Below are positions 33,589 to 54,330 of a DNA stretch of 64,000 nt, piece by piece. A model generated the notes under the pieces. It had not been told where the DNA came from. It did not search any database and saw nothing but the letters and a program-made list of their open reading frames with translations. The DNA comes from the human T2T-CHM13v2.0 reference genome, Homo sapiens. Position numbers and translations under genes: made by a program. The DNA is taken from contig CP086569.2 in the NCBI GenBank assembly GCA_009914755.4, positions 20,032,001-20,096,000 of the forward strand, in the 5' to 3' direction. The stretch's first letter is position 1; each line of letters starts with the position of its first letter.

Positions 33589-34596
33589 AATCAGAGCAGA
33601 AAAGCTGAAAAATCTAAAAATCAGAGTGCATATTCTCCTCCAAAGGCTCATGGCTCCTCATCAGCAACACGACAAAACTAGATGGAGAATGACTTTCATA
33701 AGTTGTTGGAAGTAGGCTTCAGGTCATTAATGACAAAATTCTCCAAGCTAAAGGAGGGAGAATGTTTGAACCCATCTCAAGGGAACTAAAAACCTTGAAA
33801 AAATATTAGATGAATGGCTACTATAATAAACAGTGTAGAGAAGACCTTAAATGACCTGAGGGAGCTGAAAACCATGAATTTCATGATGCTTGCACAAGCT
33901 TCAGTGGCCAATTCAATCAAGAGGAAGAAAGTGTATCAGTGATTGAAGATCAAATTAATGAAAGAAAGTGAGAAAACAAGGTTAGAAAAAAAAGAGTAAA
34001 AAGAAATGAACAAGGCCTCCAAGAAATATGGGACTATATGAAAAGACCAAATCTAAATTTGGTTGGTGTACCTGAAGGTGATGGGGAGAATGGAACTTAG
34101 TTGGAAAACACTCTTCAGGATATTACCCAGGAGAACTCCCCCAACTTAGCAAGGCAGGCCAGCATTCAAATTCAGAAAATACGGGAAACACCACAAAGAT
34201 AATCCTCAAGAAGAGCAACCCTAAGACCCTTAATTGTCAGATTCGCCAAGGTTGAAATGAAGGAAAAAGTTTTAAGGGCAGCCAGAGAGAAAGGTCAATG
34301 TTACCACAAAGAGAAACTGATCAGAATAACAGAGGATCTCTCAGCAGAAACCCCACAAGCCAGAAGATAGTGGGGGCCAATTCAACATTCTTAAAGAAAA
34401 GAAATTTTAACATAGAATTTTATACCCAGCCAAACTAAGCTTCAAAAGTGATGGAGAAATAAAATCCTTTACAGACAAGAAAATGCTGAGAGATTCTGTC
34501 ACCACCAGGCCTGCCTTACTAAAGCTCCTAAAGGAAGCATTAAACATGGAAAGAAACAACCAGTACCAGACACTGCAAAAACAGGCCAAATTGTAA
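33589..34596 (+). pseudogene. L1 ORF1 (disrupted)
   Basis: MGRNQSRKAEKSKNQSAYSPPKAHGSS...; homologous to the L1 ORF1p coiled-coil/RRM region, with stops. Confidence 0.8.
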
Positions 34597-34659
34597 AGAT
34601 CATTGATGCTAGGAAGAAACTGCATCAATTAATGGGCAAAATAACCAGCAGACATCATA

Positions 34660-38460
<3,801 letters not shown>

Positions 38461-39069
38461 AGGAAGCATAACACACTGGGGCCTGTCAGGGGGTGGGGGC
38501 CTGGGAAAGGGATAACATTATGAGAAATACCTAATATAAATGATGTGTTGATGGGTGCAGCAAACCAACATGGCACATGTATACCTATGTAACAAACCTG
38601 CATGTTGCACACATGTGCCCTAGAACTTAGGGTATAATAAAAAATAAATAAATAAATAAATTCAGGATTGAATGAAAAGGTCCCAGATGGCTATTCAAAA
38701 ATTGATGTGCTCCATGGTTATAAAAATAATGTAGAGATATGTCAGGATGGTATGTATACCTCACTCGGTTTTTTCCAAAAGTCTTCACCAAAATAAAAAT
38801 ATGGAAGTACACATAAGTGAAAGAAGGGTGTTGGTATGGATGATAGATTATTCAAAATCAGAAATTTGTACTGTAATCTGATCAAAAGAAAGATGAAATC
38901 AGTTAATCTAAACCTGTGGTGTTCACACTGTTTTTTATTATGTTCAATAGCTAAACATTTTGAGTTATACTCACTATGCATTCAATTATAATTGCCAATT
39001 CATACGTTACCAATTAATAAATTTCATGTTCTCCCATTTAATAAATGAAATCAATAAAAGTACAAGTTC

Positions 39070-39390
39070 TATGTAATCCCAGTACTTTGGGAGACTGAGT
39101 GGGTTGATCATTTTACATTAGTACCTCCAGACCAGCCTGGCCAACATGGTGAAACCCTGTCTCTACTAAAAGTACAAAAATTAGCCAGGCATGATGGCAT
39201 GCACCTGTAATCCCTACTACTCAGAAGGCTGAGGCAGGAGAATCTCCTGAAGCCGGAAGGCAGCGGTTGCAGTGAGCCCAGATCTCACCACTACCCTCTA
39301 GGCTTTGCCACGAAGCCAGACTCCATCTCAGAAAAAAACAAAAAACAAAAACAAAAAAACCAAAATAACAACAACAAAAAACCCAACAAG
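39070..39390 (+). mobile_element. Alu, 5'-truncated, plus orientation, with an A-rich tail
   Basis: GTAATCCCAGTACTTTGGGAGACTGAGTGGGTTGATCA...GGCTGAGGCAGGAGAATCTCCTGAAGCCGGAAGGCAGCGGTTGCAGTGAGCC...CAGAAAAAAACAAAAAACAAAAAC. Confidence 0.85.
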
Positions 39391-40009
39391 TTCTAATATT
39401 TTTCTGTAGCCAAACACCCCTTTCTTTATAAACCTCTCATCCAGAAGAGTCTATGAAGAAAAAGAGGAGATATCAGCTCAAATGCAACATTAAGGCTGCA
39501 TTTACACAGCCAAGAGACAGATCATTCCAACCTCCAAAACACCCCAAGCATCATGGGCCTCTGGAAATGGAGGAACCAAGCATCAGGACATTTTGCTCCC
39601 TCAGGCCAAGGTGTCAAGTCCTAACTTGATTAAAATTTGTGTAGTCTCAAAAGTTTTATTTATCTCCCTGAATACAAACTATGCTCTCCTCACCCTACTT
39701 TTGAGCCTGCACCTATAGATATTCCATCATGTATATTTCAACAGTTTTCTTGGCACCACTTAGTGCTCGTACCGAAAATGAAATAGAAAGAGCTGGAGCC
39801 ATTCACCCATCCTTCTCTGAACAGATGCCTGATTTCTCCAACAATGGGACTCAGAATCTACTCTGGTGCATCTCCTTGTGTATCAGAGAACCATTAGTTG
39901 AGTTGCTTGATAAAATCAGGATTACTGTGGTCCGTCCCCAGCCTCATTAATCTCTGGGCTGTGGTGTGCCCCACAACCCCAACAGTATCCCGAGGTGATC
40001 ACTTCTCCG

Positions 40010-40195
40010 TTTCTTTTCTTTTCTTTTCCTTTCCTTTCTTTTATTTTCTTTTTATTACTTTTCTTATTTTTAGTAGAGATGGGATTTTACCTTGTTGGCC
40101 AGGATGGTCTTGAACCCTTAATCCTAAATGATTTGCCAATCACAAGTTCCCAAAGTGTTGGCATTACAGGTGTGAGCCACTGGGTCCTGCCTATG
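40010..40195 (-). mobile_element. Alu right-arm fragment, minus orientation, with a (TTTC)n-like tail
   Basis: tttcttttcttttcctttcctttc...TTTTTAGTAGAGATGGGATTTTACCTTGTTGGCCAGGATGGTCTTGAAC...GTGTTGGCATTACAGGTGTGAGCCACTG. Confidence 0.8.
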
Positions 40196-40721
40196 TCAAT
40201 GTTTGTAGTTGAAAATAATTGCAAATATCTGTGGTGAAAAACATGATGTTTTAAAAGACATATCTATAGTAGAATGGCTAAATCAAGCTACTTAGCATAT
40301 GCATAATCTCACATTCTGATCTTTTTTTGTTAAAATCTACTCAGTTAGCAATTTCCATACATATAAACATCATTAATAACTATATTCACCATGTGGTGCA
40401 ATAGTTAATTCACCTGTCATATTCACATGTAATAGAACATGATACTATAAAAATAATAAACATTAGAATTTGGAGAGGACAGCAGAAAATGTTGTATTTT
40501 AGATAAATTGAATAGATCACTGCATTTGATGTCAGAGGTTAATAACTTGGGTCAGACAGATAATCTTCTGTGTCTGCCCTCCACAAATTGGGTGAACAGA
40601 GAGTCAGGAAACAACCTCCCCAAGGAACAGATTCTCCATCTGAAAAGTGGAGAAAAGAATAATAGAAACTTGGATACTCTTAGTCCAGAGAATCTGGGAG
40701 ATCAACAGAAGTTTACCCTAC

Positions 40722-41050
<329 letters not shown>

Positions 41051-41134
41051 TTATCATGGTGACAAGTTGAGTTTAGGGAGTTGAGAGAGGTACTTCTATA
41101 AATGGAAACTAAAATATAAAAATTATTGTGTTAG

Positions 41135-41421
41135 GCCGGGCGCGGTGGCTCATGCCTGTAGTCCCAGTACTTTGGGAGGCCGAGACAGGTAGATTACGAG
41201 GTCAGCAGGTTGAGACCATCCTGGCTAACACGGTGAAACCCCGTCTCTACTAAAAATACAAACAAAAAAAAAGTTAGCCAGGTGTGATGGAGGGCGCCTG
41301 TATTCCCAGCTTCTCAGGAGGCTGAGGCAGGAGAATGGCATGAACCCAGGAGGTGGAGTTTGCAGTGAGCCGAGATTGTGCCACTGCACTCCAGCCTGGG
41401 TGACAGAGCAAGATTCTGTCT

Positions 41422-41455
<34 letters not shown>
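41135..41455 (+). mobile_element. Young-looking Alu (AluY/AluS-like) with a pure A36 tail and a 13-15 bp target-site duplication
   Basis: GGCCGGGCGCGGTGGCTCATGCCTGTAGTCCCAGTACTTTGGGAGGCCGAGACAGGTAGATTACGAGGTCAGCAGGTTGAGACCATCCTGGCTAACACGGTGAAACCCCGTCTCTAC retains CpGs. TSD: AAATTATTGTGTTA before the Alu vs AAATTCTTGTGTTA after the poly(A). Confidence 0.9.
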
Positions 41456-41457
<2 letters not shown>

Positions 41458-41699
41458 CTTGTGTTATCAGTCTTATCACATTTTATTTTTATATTATTTC
41501 ATTCTGATAAAATAGGATAGTGGGATATGGGGGATTTATTTTTTCTTTTTTTTCCCCTTTTATTTCATTTGCTTCTTAAAGAGGTTTCATTTTTTGTTGC
41601 TGCTTTTAAAAGGACTTTCCAGATCAGGAATCAATATAGCCCATTTATTAAAAAGTTTGTAGGCATGGTGATGTGCACCTGTAGTTCCAGCTACTCAGG

Positions 41700-42270
41700 A
41701 TGCGGGAAAGAGGGTTTATGGAGTGACAGTTGAGTTGGTCTCCCCTGTGTGAGACATCCGTGGGGAGCCACGGGCAGCCTCTGAGGAGAAAAGTCTCCCT
41801 ATTAAGCCTTCATGTTTTATGCTCCGAGAGCATAAGTGCTCAGCAGCATTCCCAGGTTGCTCAGGGAGATAACACTCCCTTGAAGCATTGCAGCATAATC
41901 AAACACCTTGGCTCCTCCTGAAACTCATTCCCACACATTTCAGTCCCAATACGTTAAAGATCTTAAATAGTTTAGACACATGCCGTTGTTCAAGGAAATT
42001 CATAGAAACCGCCACTGCTATACATCTTATCGAATGACTCACGAGTTCTCCTTCACTGATTAATCCTTTTTCTCATCCCTTCCTCCCCCTCCCATCTGCC
42101 TTAAGAACAAAGAGCTTATAAACCAATACATTGGGCAGAGCCCGAGAGCTCAGGGCCGTGTTGAAGCCTCCGATGCTCTCATCCCCTGGACCTGCCTTTT
42201 AAATGCTTATTCTGTCTCTTTCTAACTCCTTTGTCTCTGCTGGACACAGGGTAGGCGCTGTGTGGTGTGG
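41700..42270 (+). mobile_element. Possible LTR-like, CpG-retaining segment (family unknown), bounded by Alu fragments
   Basis: For primate intergenic DNA it is unusually rich in CpG (tccgtgg, cacggg, ccgagag, gccgttg, accgcc, atcgaa, cacgag, cccgagag, gccgtg, ctccgat, ggcgctg). Ends ..TGTCTCTTTCTAACTCCTTTGTCTCTGCTGG, reminiscent of ERV LTR U5 ends. Confidence 0.3.
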
Positions 42271-42279
42271 GTCTGGTTT

Positions 42280-42535
42280 CCCCAACACAGGAGGCTGAGG
42301 TGGCAGGATCACTTGAGCCAAGGAGGTAAAGACCAGCCTGAGCAACATAAGAAACCCCAACTCTCAAAATATTTAAAAATCAGCCAGGAATGATGATGTC
42401 CCTGTGTTCCTTGCTACTTGGGAAGCTGAGGTGAGAGGATTGCTTGAGCTTAGGATTTATAGCCTGCAGTCAACCATGACCTGTCAACCAACTCCAGTCT
42501 TGTTGACAGAGTGAGAACACATCTGTAAAAAAAAA
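42280..42535 (+). mobile_element. Alu, 5'-truncated, plus orientation
   Basis: CCAACACAGGAGGCTGAGGTGGCAGGATCACTTGAGCCAAGGAGGTAAAGACCAGCCTGAGCAACATAAGAAACCCCAACTC...TGTAAAAAAAAA. Confidence 0.85.
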
Positions 42536-43989
42536 TTTAATGTTTTATAAAGCTCCTATATGATCTTGTAGTTTCCGGCAGGTCTGCACAAGTCATGAGT
42601 CATTCTCCAGTCAAGCGAGGCTTGCCTTGAGTCAAGGGTTCAGTCCTGATCCTTCCAGCTCCAGATTTCCGTGAGTGTCAGAGGTTGGGGACAGGATCAT
42701 ACAATGGGCATGTGAAAGGGAAATAAATCTTAGGGCCCTCAAATCACTAAACTAAAGGGAAAAGTTATGCTGGGAAGTGCTTAGGGAAAACTTTCCTCCC
42801 ATTATATTCAATAACTGCTCTGATCACTGAGATAAATGCATATCCGACTGTGTGCTTTGAAAAAGCTAATCATCTCAAAAGAATTTACCTGGCTGTTTCG
42901 CAATTACCTTTTACCTGGAAGCCCGTCCCGGCTTCAAGTTGTCCCGCCTTTCCAGAAGGCACCAATGTATATCTCCCTAAAATGTAGAAAACCAAGCTAT
43001 GCCCTGATCATGTTGGGCCCACCATCAGGACCTCCTGAGGCTGTGACATGGGGTGCATCCTCAATCATGGCACCTGGTGACCTGTGCCAGATATTTGGGC
43101 TTCACTGGTAATAGAATAGGGAAGGTTGGCATTTTCCTTGTTGAAAGTAAGATGTATCTTCTAGTATCACATGCAGCTCCCAGCTGATTCTCCTTGGGAT
43201 AACTGCCTTGGAGGTAACTGATTCAAGGATAATTAAATAATGTATGTTAGTCAAACATACTTCTGCTTTATCCAAATTCCCACCACTGTTGCCTCTACAA
43301 AAACTCTGTCAATTCCAATATGTATCATTACAGGTTTAGTTATTTTTTGAAACTCTTCCCCTGTTAGCTGTTTGCTAATACAAATACCTACCAGGTGAGT
43401 TTCCTTGGTTTTTGTCCTTTACACACTAGAACCAGATTGCACATTAAGAACAAGTCAGAATTATCTTCTAATTCATAGATGGTTGATGGTTACCAAAAAC
43501 AATTGTGTTCTATAGGTTCACCCATAGAGACAGCAGGTAGATGAGTCATTTTGAGGGACTGGCTGAGGGAGTGATGTGAGACTAATTAGTGGTATGTGGG
43601 CTCCTTTTATGGTGACAAAATGTTTTCAAACTAGATAGACATCATCATTGCCCAACATTTTCAATGTACAACATATCACTAAATTATACACTTTAAAATC
43701 ACTTTATGTTACATTAATATAAAGTTTTTAAAAAGAAATTACATTCTAAATCGTAAAAATTTTATTCAAGGCAGGCCATATTGAGCATAAAACCATCAAC
43801 ATTTTGCCTCACCATTTTTACCCTGACTGTCTCCTTGAGTCATTCATAAGTTCAATATTCTGTAATTAATTGGTAGACACAATAACAGACTGCAAAACAG
43901 CAGGACTTGGGGAGGAGCCAGGATTTCCACCTGCACCACTGGCCAAAAAATCTGACTGAGGACTGACTCAGTCAGAAATCAGGGTCCCA

Positions 43990-44208
43990 TCACAACAAAG
44001 TCACTGGAATAGTCAGAGGTCTTTGAGTCAGAGCAACTTCATCTTGAAGAGTAACAGGGTAAAATGAGGCTGAGATCTACTGGGTTGTATTCTCTGGAGG
44101 CTAGGCATTCTAAGACACAAAATGAGATAGGAGGTCCCCACAAGATATGGGTCATAAAGTCCATTCTGATAAAACAGTTTGCAGTAAAAAAGCCGGCCAA
44201 AACCCACG
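43990..44208 (+). mobile_element. Left portion of an LTR-like element (same family as 20059-21800), truncated by the provirus B insertion
   Basis: ...CATCTTGAAGAGTAACAGGGTAAAATGAGGCTGAGATCTACTGGGTTGTATTCTCTGGAGGCTAGGCATTCTAAGACACAAAATGAGATAGGAGGTCC... aligns with 20150-20365. Confidence 0.6.
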
Positions 44209-44560
44209 TATTGGAACAACTAAGTTCCTCTTCAAAGACTCAACTTTCTGGTAATAAATTGTAAACTAATCCTACCCTGTATTCTTTCAAAAATCATGTG
44301 TTTACCCTGTCTGGAAAAATTTAAGTCTTAGCTAATTGGGATCAGCTTAGATTGTGTGGCCTAAACCCAGTCAATAGGGGAAGGACACAGAAACATGAAC
44401 TGTGTTAGGAATATAAACCCTTTCTGTCCTTTGTTTGGTGTGCTTTTGTGATTGCATCATGTGTAAGCAGCACCCTTCTGGAGAAGTAAATTTGCCTTAC
44501 TTAGAAATTTTCTGTCTAAGTATGGGTTTCTTTTGGCTATGCTGAGCCTTTGTTTCCAAC
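44209..44560 (+). mobile_element. 5' LTR of provirus B
   Basis: Direct repeat of 56658-57002; followed by a degenerate PBS-like TTTAGGGAATCATCTGGGAT. Confidence 0.75.
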
Positions 44561-45499
44561 AAATTTAGGGAATCATCTGGGATATTATTCTCCTTCAAAA
44601 GTCACTATCAATTATCGTTCATGTGGAGATGCATTTTACTACTTCATTATGGTGGCCCGGGAGCAGAGGATTGAGTCTGGCCCAAAGTGATGAATAAATC
44701 TGGACTCTCAGCAATGTGGACATTAGGGAGAATACTTAATTAAGAATTCCACAGTTACTAGGTAACTCTGTGCACAGACCAAAGTAATAAATGTCACTAT
44801 TGGGGTGACAATCTATTCCTTGGTGGTTGGGTCTCTGGAGGTTGAAAGTATGTGAGTGAGATGCAACATTGGGTGTGAAGTGAGTGTGGTGTTTGGACTT
44901 GGTTCTGTTGTCATCTCATACAGCTTAGGGCAGTTTCCCAATTGGGAGATTATACCAACCTGCCATTGCTAACTTCAGCCTAAAATTCCTTTGTGGGAAT
45001 GAGGGAAGTGGACAATAAGGATGAAGTGAGTGCTCACAAGAGTGCAAAAAACCTCCAGGAGGAAAAGTGGAGGTTGAGCCACTAGGACATGTGAGTGGAA
45101 GAAATCACTAATATGAGAGATTGAACCTCACAGAAGAGCAAGAAATCTGTAACACGAGAGATTGAGTCTCATGGGAGTGCAAGAATTCTATAATATGAGA
45201 GATTGAGTCTCCCCAACCTCCAGAATTGGAAAAACTCCAAGTAAGACAGGAATTCTAAGATACAAAGCAAATAATCAAATTCCCCCTGACAGTCCCCTAG
45301 GCCTTATGTTAAAATACTAGAAGGATAATGAAAGGACCAAACACAAGAAAAGACAGCAAATTAAAGTACTGCTGTTTTATTTGGACTAAGGAACCCATCC
45401 CACCTACCTGTCTGCCCCAGGCTGAACACTCCCTCCCTGATGTAACACTGCCCCATGAACCTTGACACCCCCACTGGCCAACAGGAAATAGAACTATAC

Positions 45500-46550
45500 C
45501 AAAAGGATACTCAAAATTTTTCTTTCCCCTCTTCCTCAAAGAAGAATACCACAACCTTTTTTCATTAAGTGAAGTACCACTAGGAGGAGGTGATAATGGC
45601 TTTGTAAATGCCTCCTTAACTAGTTCAGAGTTTAGTTTAGTTTAGAAATCTAAAAAAAAAAAGGAGGGGACTCAAATATCTGTTAGATGACCCTTTTGGA
45701 ATTGCAGATCAAATTGACCAATTTCTGTGGTCAAGACTGTACATGTGGGCTGACTTAATGTCTATTCTAGGTATTCTCTTATCAGGAGAGGAAAAAAAAA
45801 CATTACCCACATTGCCACTATGCTAATCTGGGAGTGCTAGTGTCCCCTGGTCAAAATATCCTTACAGTGGGGCATAAACTCCCAGCCCAGCATCCTCAAT
45901 GGAATAATAACAATGCAGACCAGTGAGAAAACATAAGAGATCTCAGAAATATGATAATTAAAGGGATTTGGGAGTCAGTTCCTCAAACCCAAATTATTTC
46001 TCAAGCACTTAATGTATAGCAAGGAAAACATGAAGGGCCCATGGATGACTTAAACAGACTTAAGAAACAGATAAAAATGATATGCAAGTTTGGACATAGA
46101 AAATCCACTGGGTCAAGGGATGTAGAAACTCCTCTTTGTCCCCAATAGCTGTCTGGATATTACAAAGAAATTACTAAAAATAGAAAATTAAAAAGACCAT
46201 TCCATAGAGAAACTTTTAAAAGAGGCCCAAAAGCTATATATATGGAGGGATGAGGTAAGTCAAAAGCAAAAGGCAAAAATTATGCTGTCCACCCTACAAC
46301 ATTCAACAGAGAACACTTCAACAGGGAGCACAGGAAAATAGAACTTGTAAACCTTCTAAGTAACCAACTGCCAGACCCTATACAGGAAGCCAAGGTATGA
46401 AACCCAAGAGTCAGGAAACAGGAAGGGGAAAATAAAAAAACAGACAATTCAGGTTTGGAAAAACCAGGACACTTTAAAAGCAAATGTTCCAAATGAAAAA
46501 GAAGAAATAAGGCCCTTTCATAAAAGGGCCAGGACATATATATCCATCCC
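45500..46550 (+). pseudogene. gag remnant of provirus B
   Basis: Homologous to provirus A gag (3224-3900 region); degenerate. Confidence 0.6.
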
Positions 46551-46559
46551 TCAATCCAT

Positions 46560-46989
46560 GTGAGTGCCCCTCATCAACTCAGAACCATTGTTAACCAGAA
46601 GGCAGGGAGATGGCTCATTGACTTAAGAATCTTACAATATGAAGCTATCTTATTAAAGAGAGATGACCTAACACAAACCACTAACAATTCCCTAAACCTC
46701 ACTGCTTTCCTAATAGGAAATCCAAACCTGGAGGAATGTGAGCATAAATGCTTAGATCTAATCAGGTATCAAACTAGAGTCAGATGGGATGTGAGTGAAA
46801 CCTCCTTCCAAACAGGGTGTCACCTCTTTATAGATGGTTCCTCCTGGGTCACTGAAGGAAAAAGGCTAAAAGGGTACTCTGTAGTTGAGGAAGAAACCCT
46901 CACAGATGTAGAATCAGGAAGACTGTCAAATAACTGGTCTGCCAAAACATGTGAACTCTTTGCGTTAAACCCAGCCTGAAAATTCCTGT
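46560..46989 (+). pseudogene. RNase H segment of provirus B (ORF 46560-46979), abutting gag because PR-RT is deleted
   Basis: ...ILLKRDDLTQTTNNSLNLTAFLIGNPN.. (tether, equivalent to A 5620-5700), then HLFIDGSSW (D-G-S RNase H motif) and SAKTCELFAL. Confidence 0.7.
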
Positions 46990-48028
46990 AGCAGGCAGTT
47001 CCAAGATGGCTGAATAGGAAGCGCTCCAGTGTACAGCTCCCAGCATAAGTAAAGAAGAAGATGGGTGATTTCTGCATTTCCAACTGAGGTACTGGGTTCA
47101 TCCCACTGGGGCTTGTTGGACAGTTGGTGCAGGACAGTGGGTGCAGCCCGGCAAGCATGAGTCAAAGCAGGAAAAGGTATCACCTCACCCAGGAAATGCA
47201 AAGGGTCAGGGAATACCCTTTCCTAGCCAAGGGAAGCTGTGACAGACAGCACCTGCAAAATTGGGTAACTCCCAACCCAATACTGGACTTAGCAATGGTC
47301 TTAGCAATGGTCTTAGCAACTGGCACACCAGGAGATTATATCCTGTGCCTGGCTCTGAGGGTCCCATGCCCACAGAACCTCACTCATTGCTAGCACAGCA
47401 GTCTGAGACCAAAGTGCAAGGTGGCACTGAGGCTGAGGGAGGGGTACCTGCCATTGTTGAGTCTTGAGTAGGTAAACAAAGTGGCCATGAAGCTCTAACT
47501 GGGTGGAGTCTACTGCAGCTCAAGGAGGCCTGCCTGTCTCTGTATACTCCACATCTGGGGGCAGGGTATAGTCAAACAAAAGGCAGAAGAAACCTCTGCA
47601 GACTTAAAGGTGCCTGTCTGACAGATTTGAAGAGAGTAGTGGTTCTCCCAGCATGGAGTTTGAGATCTTAGAGCGATCAGACTGCCTCCTCAAGTTGGTC
47701 CCTGACCCCTGAGTAGCCTGACTGGGAGGCACCCCCTAGTAGGGGCAGACTGACAACTCACACAGCCAGGTACCACTGTGAGATGAAGTTTCCAGAGGAA
47801 GGATCAGGAAGCAACATTTGCTGTTCAGCAATATTCACTGTTCTACAGCCTCTGCTGCTGATACCCAGGCAAACAGGGACTGGAGTGGACTTCCAGCAAA
47901 CTCCGACAGACATGCAGCTGAGGGTCCTGACTGTTAGAAGGAAAACTAACAAACAGAAAGAACATCCACATCAAAACTCCATCTGCATGTCACCATCATC
48001 AAAGACAAAGGGAAGATAAAACCACAAA

Positions 48029-49043
48029 GATGGGGAAAAAACAGAGCAGAAAGCTGAAAATTCTAAAACTCAGAGTGCCTCTCCTCCTCACCAGCAGCTC
48101 CTCACCAGCAATGGAACAAAGCTGGATGGAGAATGACTTTGATGAGTTGAGAGAGGAAGGCTTCAGACAATCAAACTTCTCCAAGCTAAAGGAGGAATTT
48201 TGAACCAATAGCAAAGAAGCTAAAAACCTTTACTAAACTAAAAAGTTTAGATGAATGGCTAACTAGAATAATCAGCATAGAGAAGCCCTTAAATGACCTG
48301 ATAGAGTTGAAAACCATGGTTCAAGAACTATGTGATGAATGCACAATTTTCAGTAGCTGATTTGATCAACTGGAAGAAAGGGTGTCAGTGATTGAAGATC
48401 AAATTAATGAAATGAAGTGAGAAGAAAACTTTAGATAAAAAAGAGTTAAAAGAAATGCACAAAGCCTCCAAGAAATATAGGACTATGTGAAAAGACCAAA
48501 TCTACGTCTGATTGGTGTACCTGAAAGTGATAGGGATAATGGAAACAAGTTGGAAAACACTCTGCAGGATATTATCCAGGAGAACTTCCCCAACCTAGCG
48601 AGGCAGGACAATATTCAAATTCAGGAATTCCAGATAATGCTACAAAGATACTCCTCAAGAAGAGCAACTCCAAGACACAGAATTATCAGATTCAATAAAG
48701 TTGAAATGAAGGAAAAAATGTTAAGGCAGCCAGAGAGAAAGGTCGGGTTACCCACAAAAGGAAGTCCATCAGACTAACAGCAGATCTTTCTGCAAACTCT
48801 CTACAAGCCAGAAGAGAGTGGGGGCCTATATTCAACACCCTTAAAGAAAAGAGTTTTCAACCCAGAATTTCATATCCAGCCAAACTAAGCCTCATAAGTG
48901 AAGGAGAAATAAAATCCTTTACAAATAAGCAAATGCTGAGAGATTTTGTCACCACTAGGCCTGCCCTAAAAGAACTCCTGAAGGTAGCAATAAACATGGA
49001 AAGGAACAACCGGTATCAGCCCCAGATAAAACATGCCAAATTG
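48029..49043 (+). pseudogene. L1 ORF1 (disrupted)
   Basis: MGKKQSRKLKILKLRVPLLLTSSSSPAMEQSWMENDFDELREEGFRQSNFSKLKEEF* then frame breaks. The C-terminal ORF 48487-48777 (..RPNLRLIGVPESD..) is a typical ORF1p. Confidence 0.8.
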
Positions 49044-49109
49044 TAAAGACCATTCATGCTAGAAAGAAAGTGCATCAACTAATGAGTAAAATAACCAGCT
49101 AACATCATA

Positions 49110-52946
<3,837 letters not shown>

Positions 52947-53157
52947 ATGAGAACATTTGGACACTGGAAGGGGTACATCACACACAGGGGCCTGTCGTGG
53001 GGTGGGGAGAGGAGGGAGAGATAGCATTAAGAGATATACTTCATGTAAATGACCAGTTAATGGGTGCAGCACACCAACATGACACATGTATACATATGTA
53101 ACAAACCTGCACATTGTGCACATGTGCCCTAGAACTTAAAGTATAATAATAAAAAAC

Positions 53158-54330
53158 GTTCCTGTAGAATCGGAAGGAACTATTTATAAGGAGAGTCAGG
53201 AAGACTGCCAAATATCTGGTTGCCCAAACATTTGAACTCTGCATTAAACCAAGACTTAAAATTCCTGCAGAATCAGGAAGGAACTATTTACACTGACTCC
53301 AAATATGCCTTCTGAGTAGTCCATACCTTTGGGAAAATATAGACTGAATGAGGCCTTGTAAGTAGTAAGGGTCAAGATATGGTCCACAAGGAATTAATTA
53401 TGCAAATGCTAGAAAATCTTCAGCTGCTGGAAGAAATTGCAGTTGTCCATGTCCCAGGACACCAAAACAACCCTTCTCTGAAAGCCAGGGAAATAACCTC
53501 CTAGATCAAATAGCTAAGCAAGATGTCTATTCCCATGAGGCCCCTATTTTTTATCTAATCCCTTGTCCTCCCCCTCCAGTTGTGATCCCCATCTTCTCCC
53601 ACAAAGACCAAGAGAAACTACAGAAAATAGGAGCTAAGGAAAGTCCAGAGGGAAAGTGTGTACTACCAGATGAAAGGGAAATGCTGTCTAAACCCCTTAT
53701 AAGGGAAATATTGTCACAGCCTCATCAAGTAACTGAGGTCATAAGGCTATGTGTGATTTTGTCCTCAGAGTCTATGGGTGTGTAGGGATATACAACCTCC
53801 ACAGGAAAGTGGCAGCTGGTTCCACAATGTGCAGAAAAAGTAATAGGCAAATCCAAAAGAAGCAAACTCCCAGGGTAAGAAACCCAGAATTGAAGCCATT
53901 CCAAAGTGTCCAAGTTGACTAAACTGAAATGCCCTCAATAGGCCACCTCAAGTATTTTCTAGTAATAGTAGACCATCTCTCCCCCTGGGTAGAAGACATG
54001 CCTTTCCCAGGCACAGTGGCCAGTGATGTAGTCAAAGCCCTGTGGAAGCATATCATACCCGGGTTTGGACTAATAGAGAACACTGATTCAGTCAATGGAA
54101 CCCACCCCACTGCACACATCATTAAGGGGCTGACCTAGGCATTAGAAATACTTCCTAGCATTAATCCTCATCAGGGAAAGTAGAAAGAATCAATCAAACT
54201 CTAAATAATCACCTAACCAAGATGCCATGCCTTTCCAGACTGAACCAATGTACATTTTACATATACCGACTGATGTCTCATGTCTCCCTAAAATTTATAA
54301 ACACTGTTACCATGAGAAAACACCTTTCAA
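53158..54330 (+). pseudogene. RNase H 3' end and integrase of provirus B
   Basis: ..TLTPNMPSE*SIPLGKY.. (RNase H YTDS-equivalent). ..IAVVHVPGHQ.. The IN core ..GHLKYFLVIVDHLSPWVEDMPFPGTVASDVVKALWKHIIPGFGL (ORF 53929-54138) has gamma-type D,D,35E spacing. Confidence 0.7.

Noticed and set aside
42836-43111. 91-aa ORF in a relatively repeat-free stretch considered as a candidate host exon
   Set aside because: No recognisable protein motif, and no splice-site or CpG-island context. It is indistinguishable from a random ORF.
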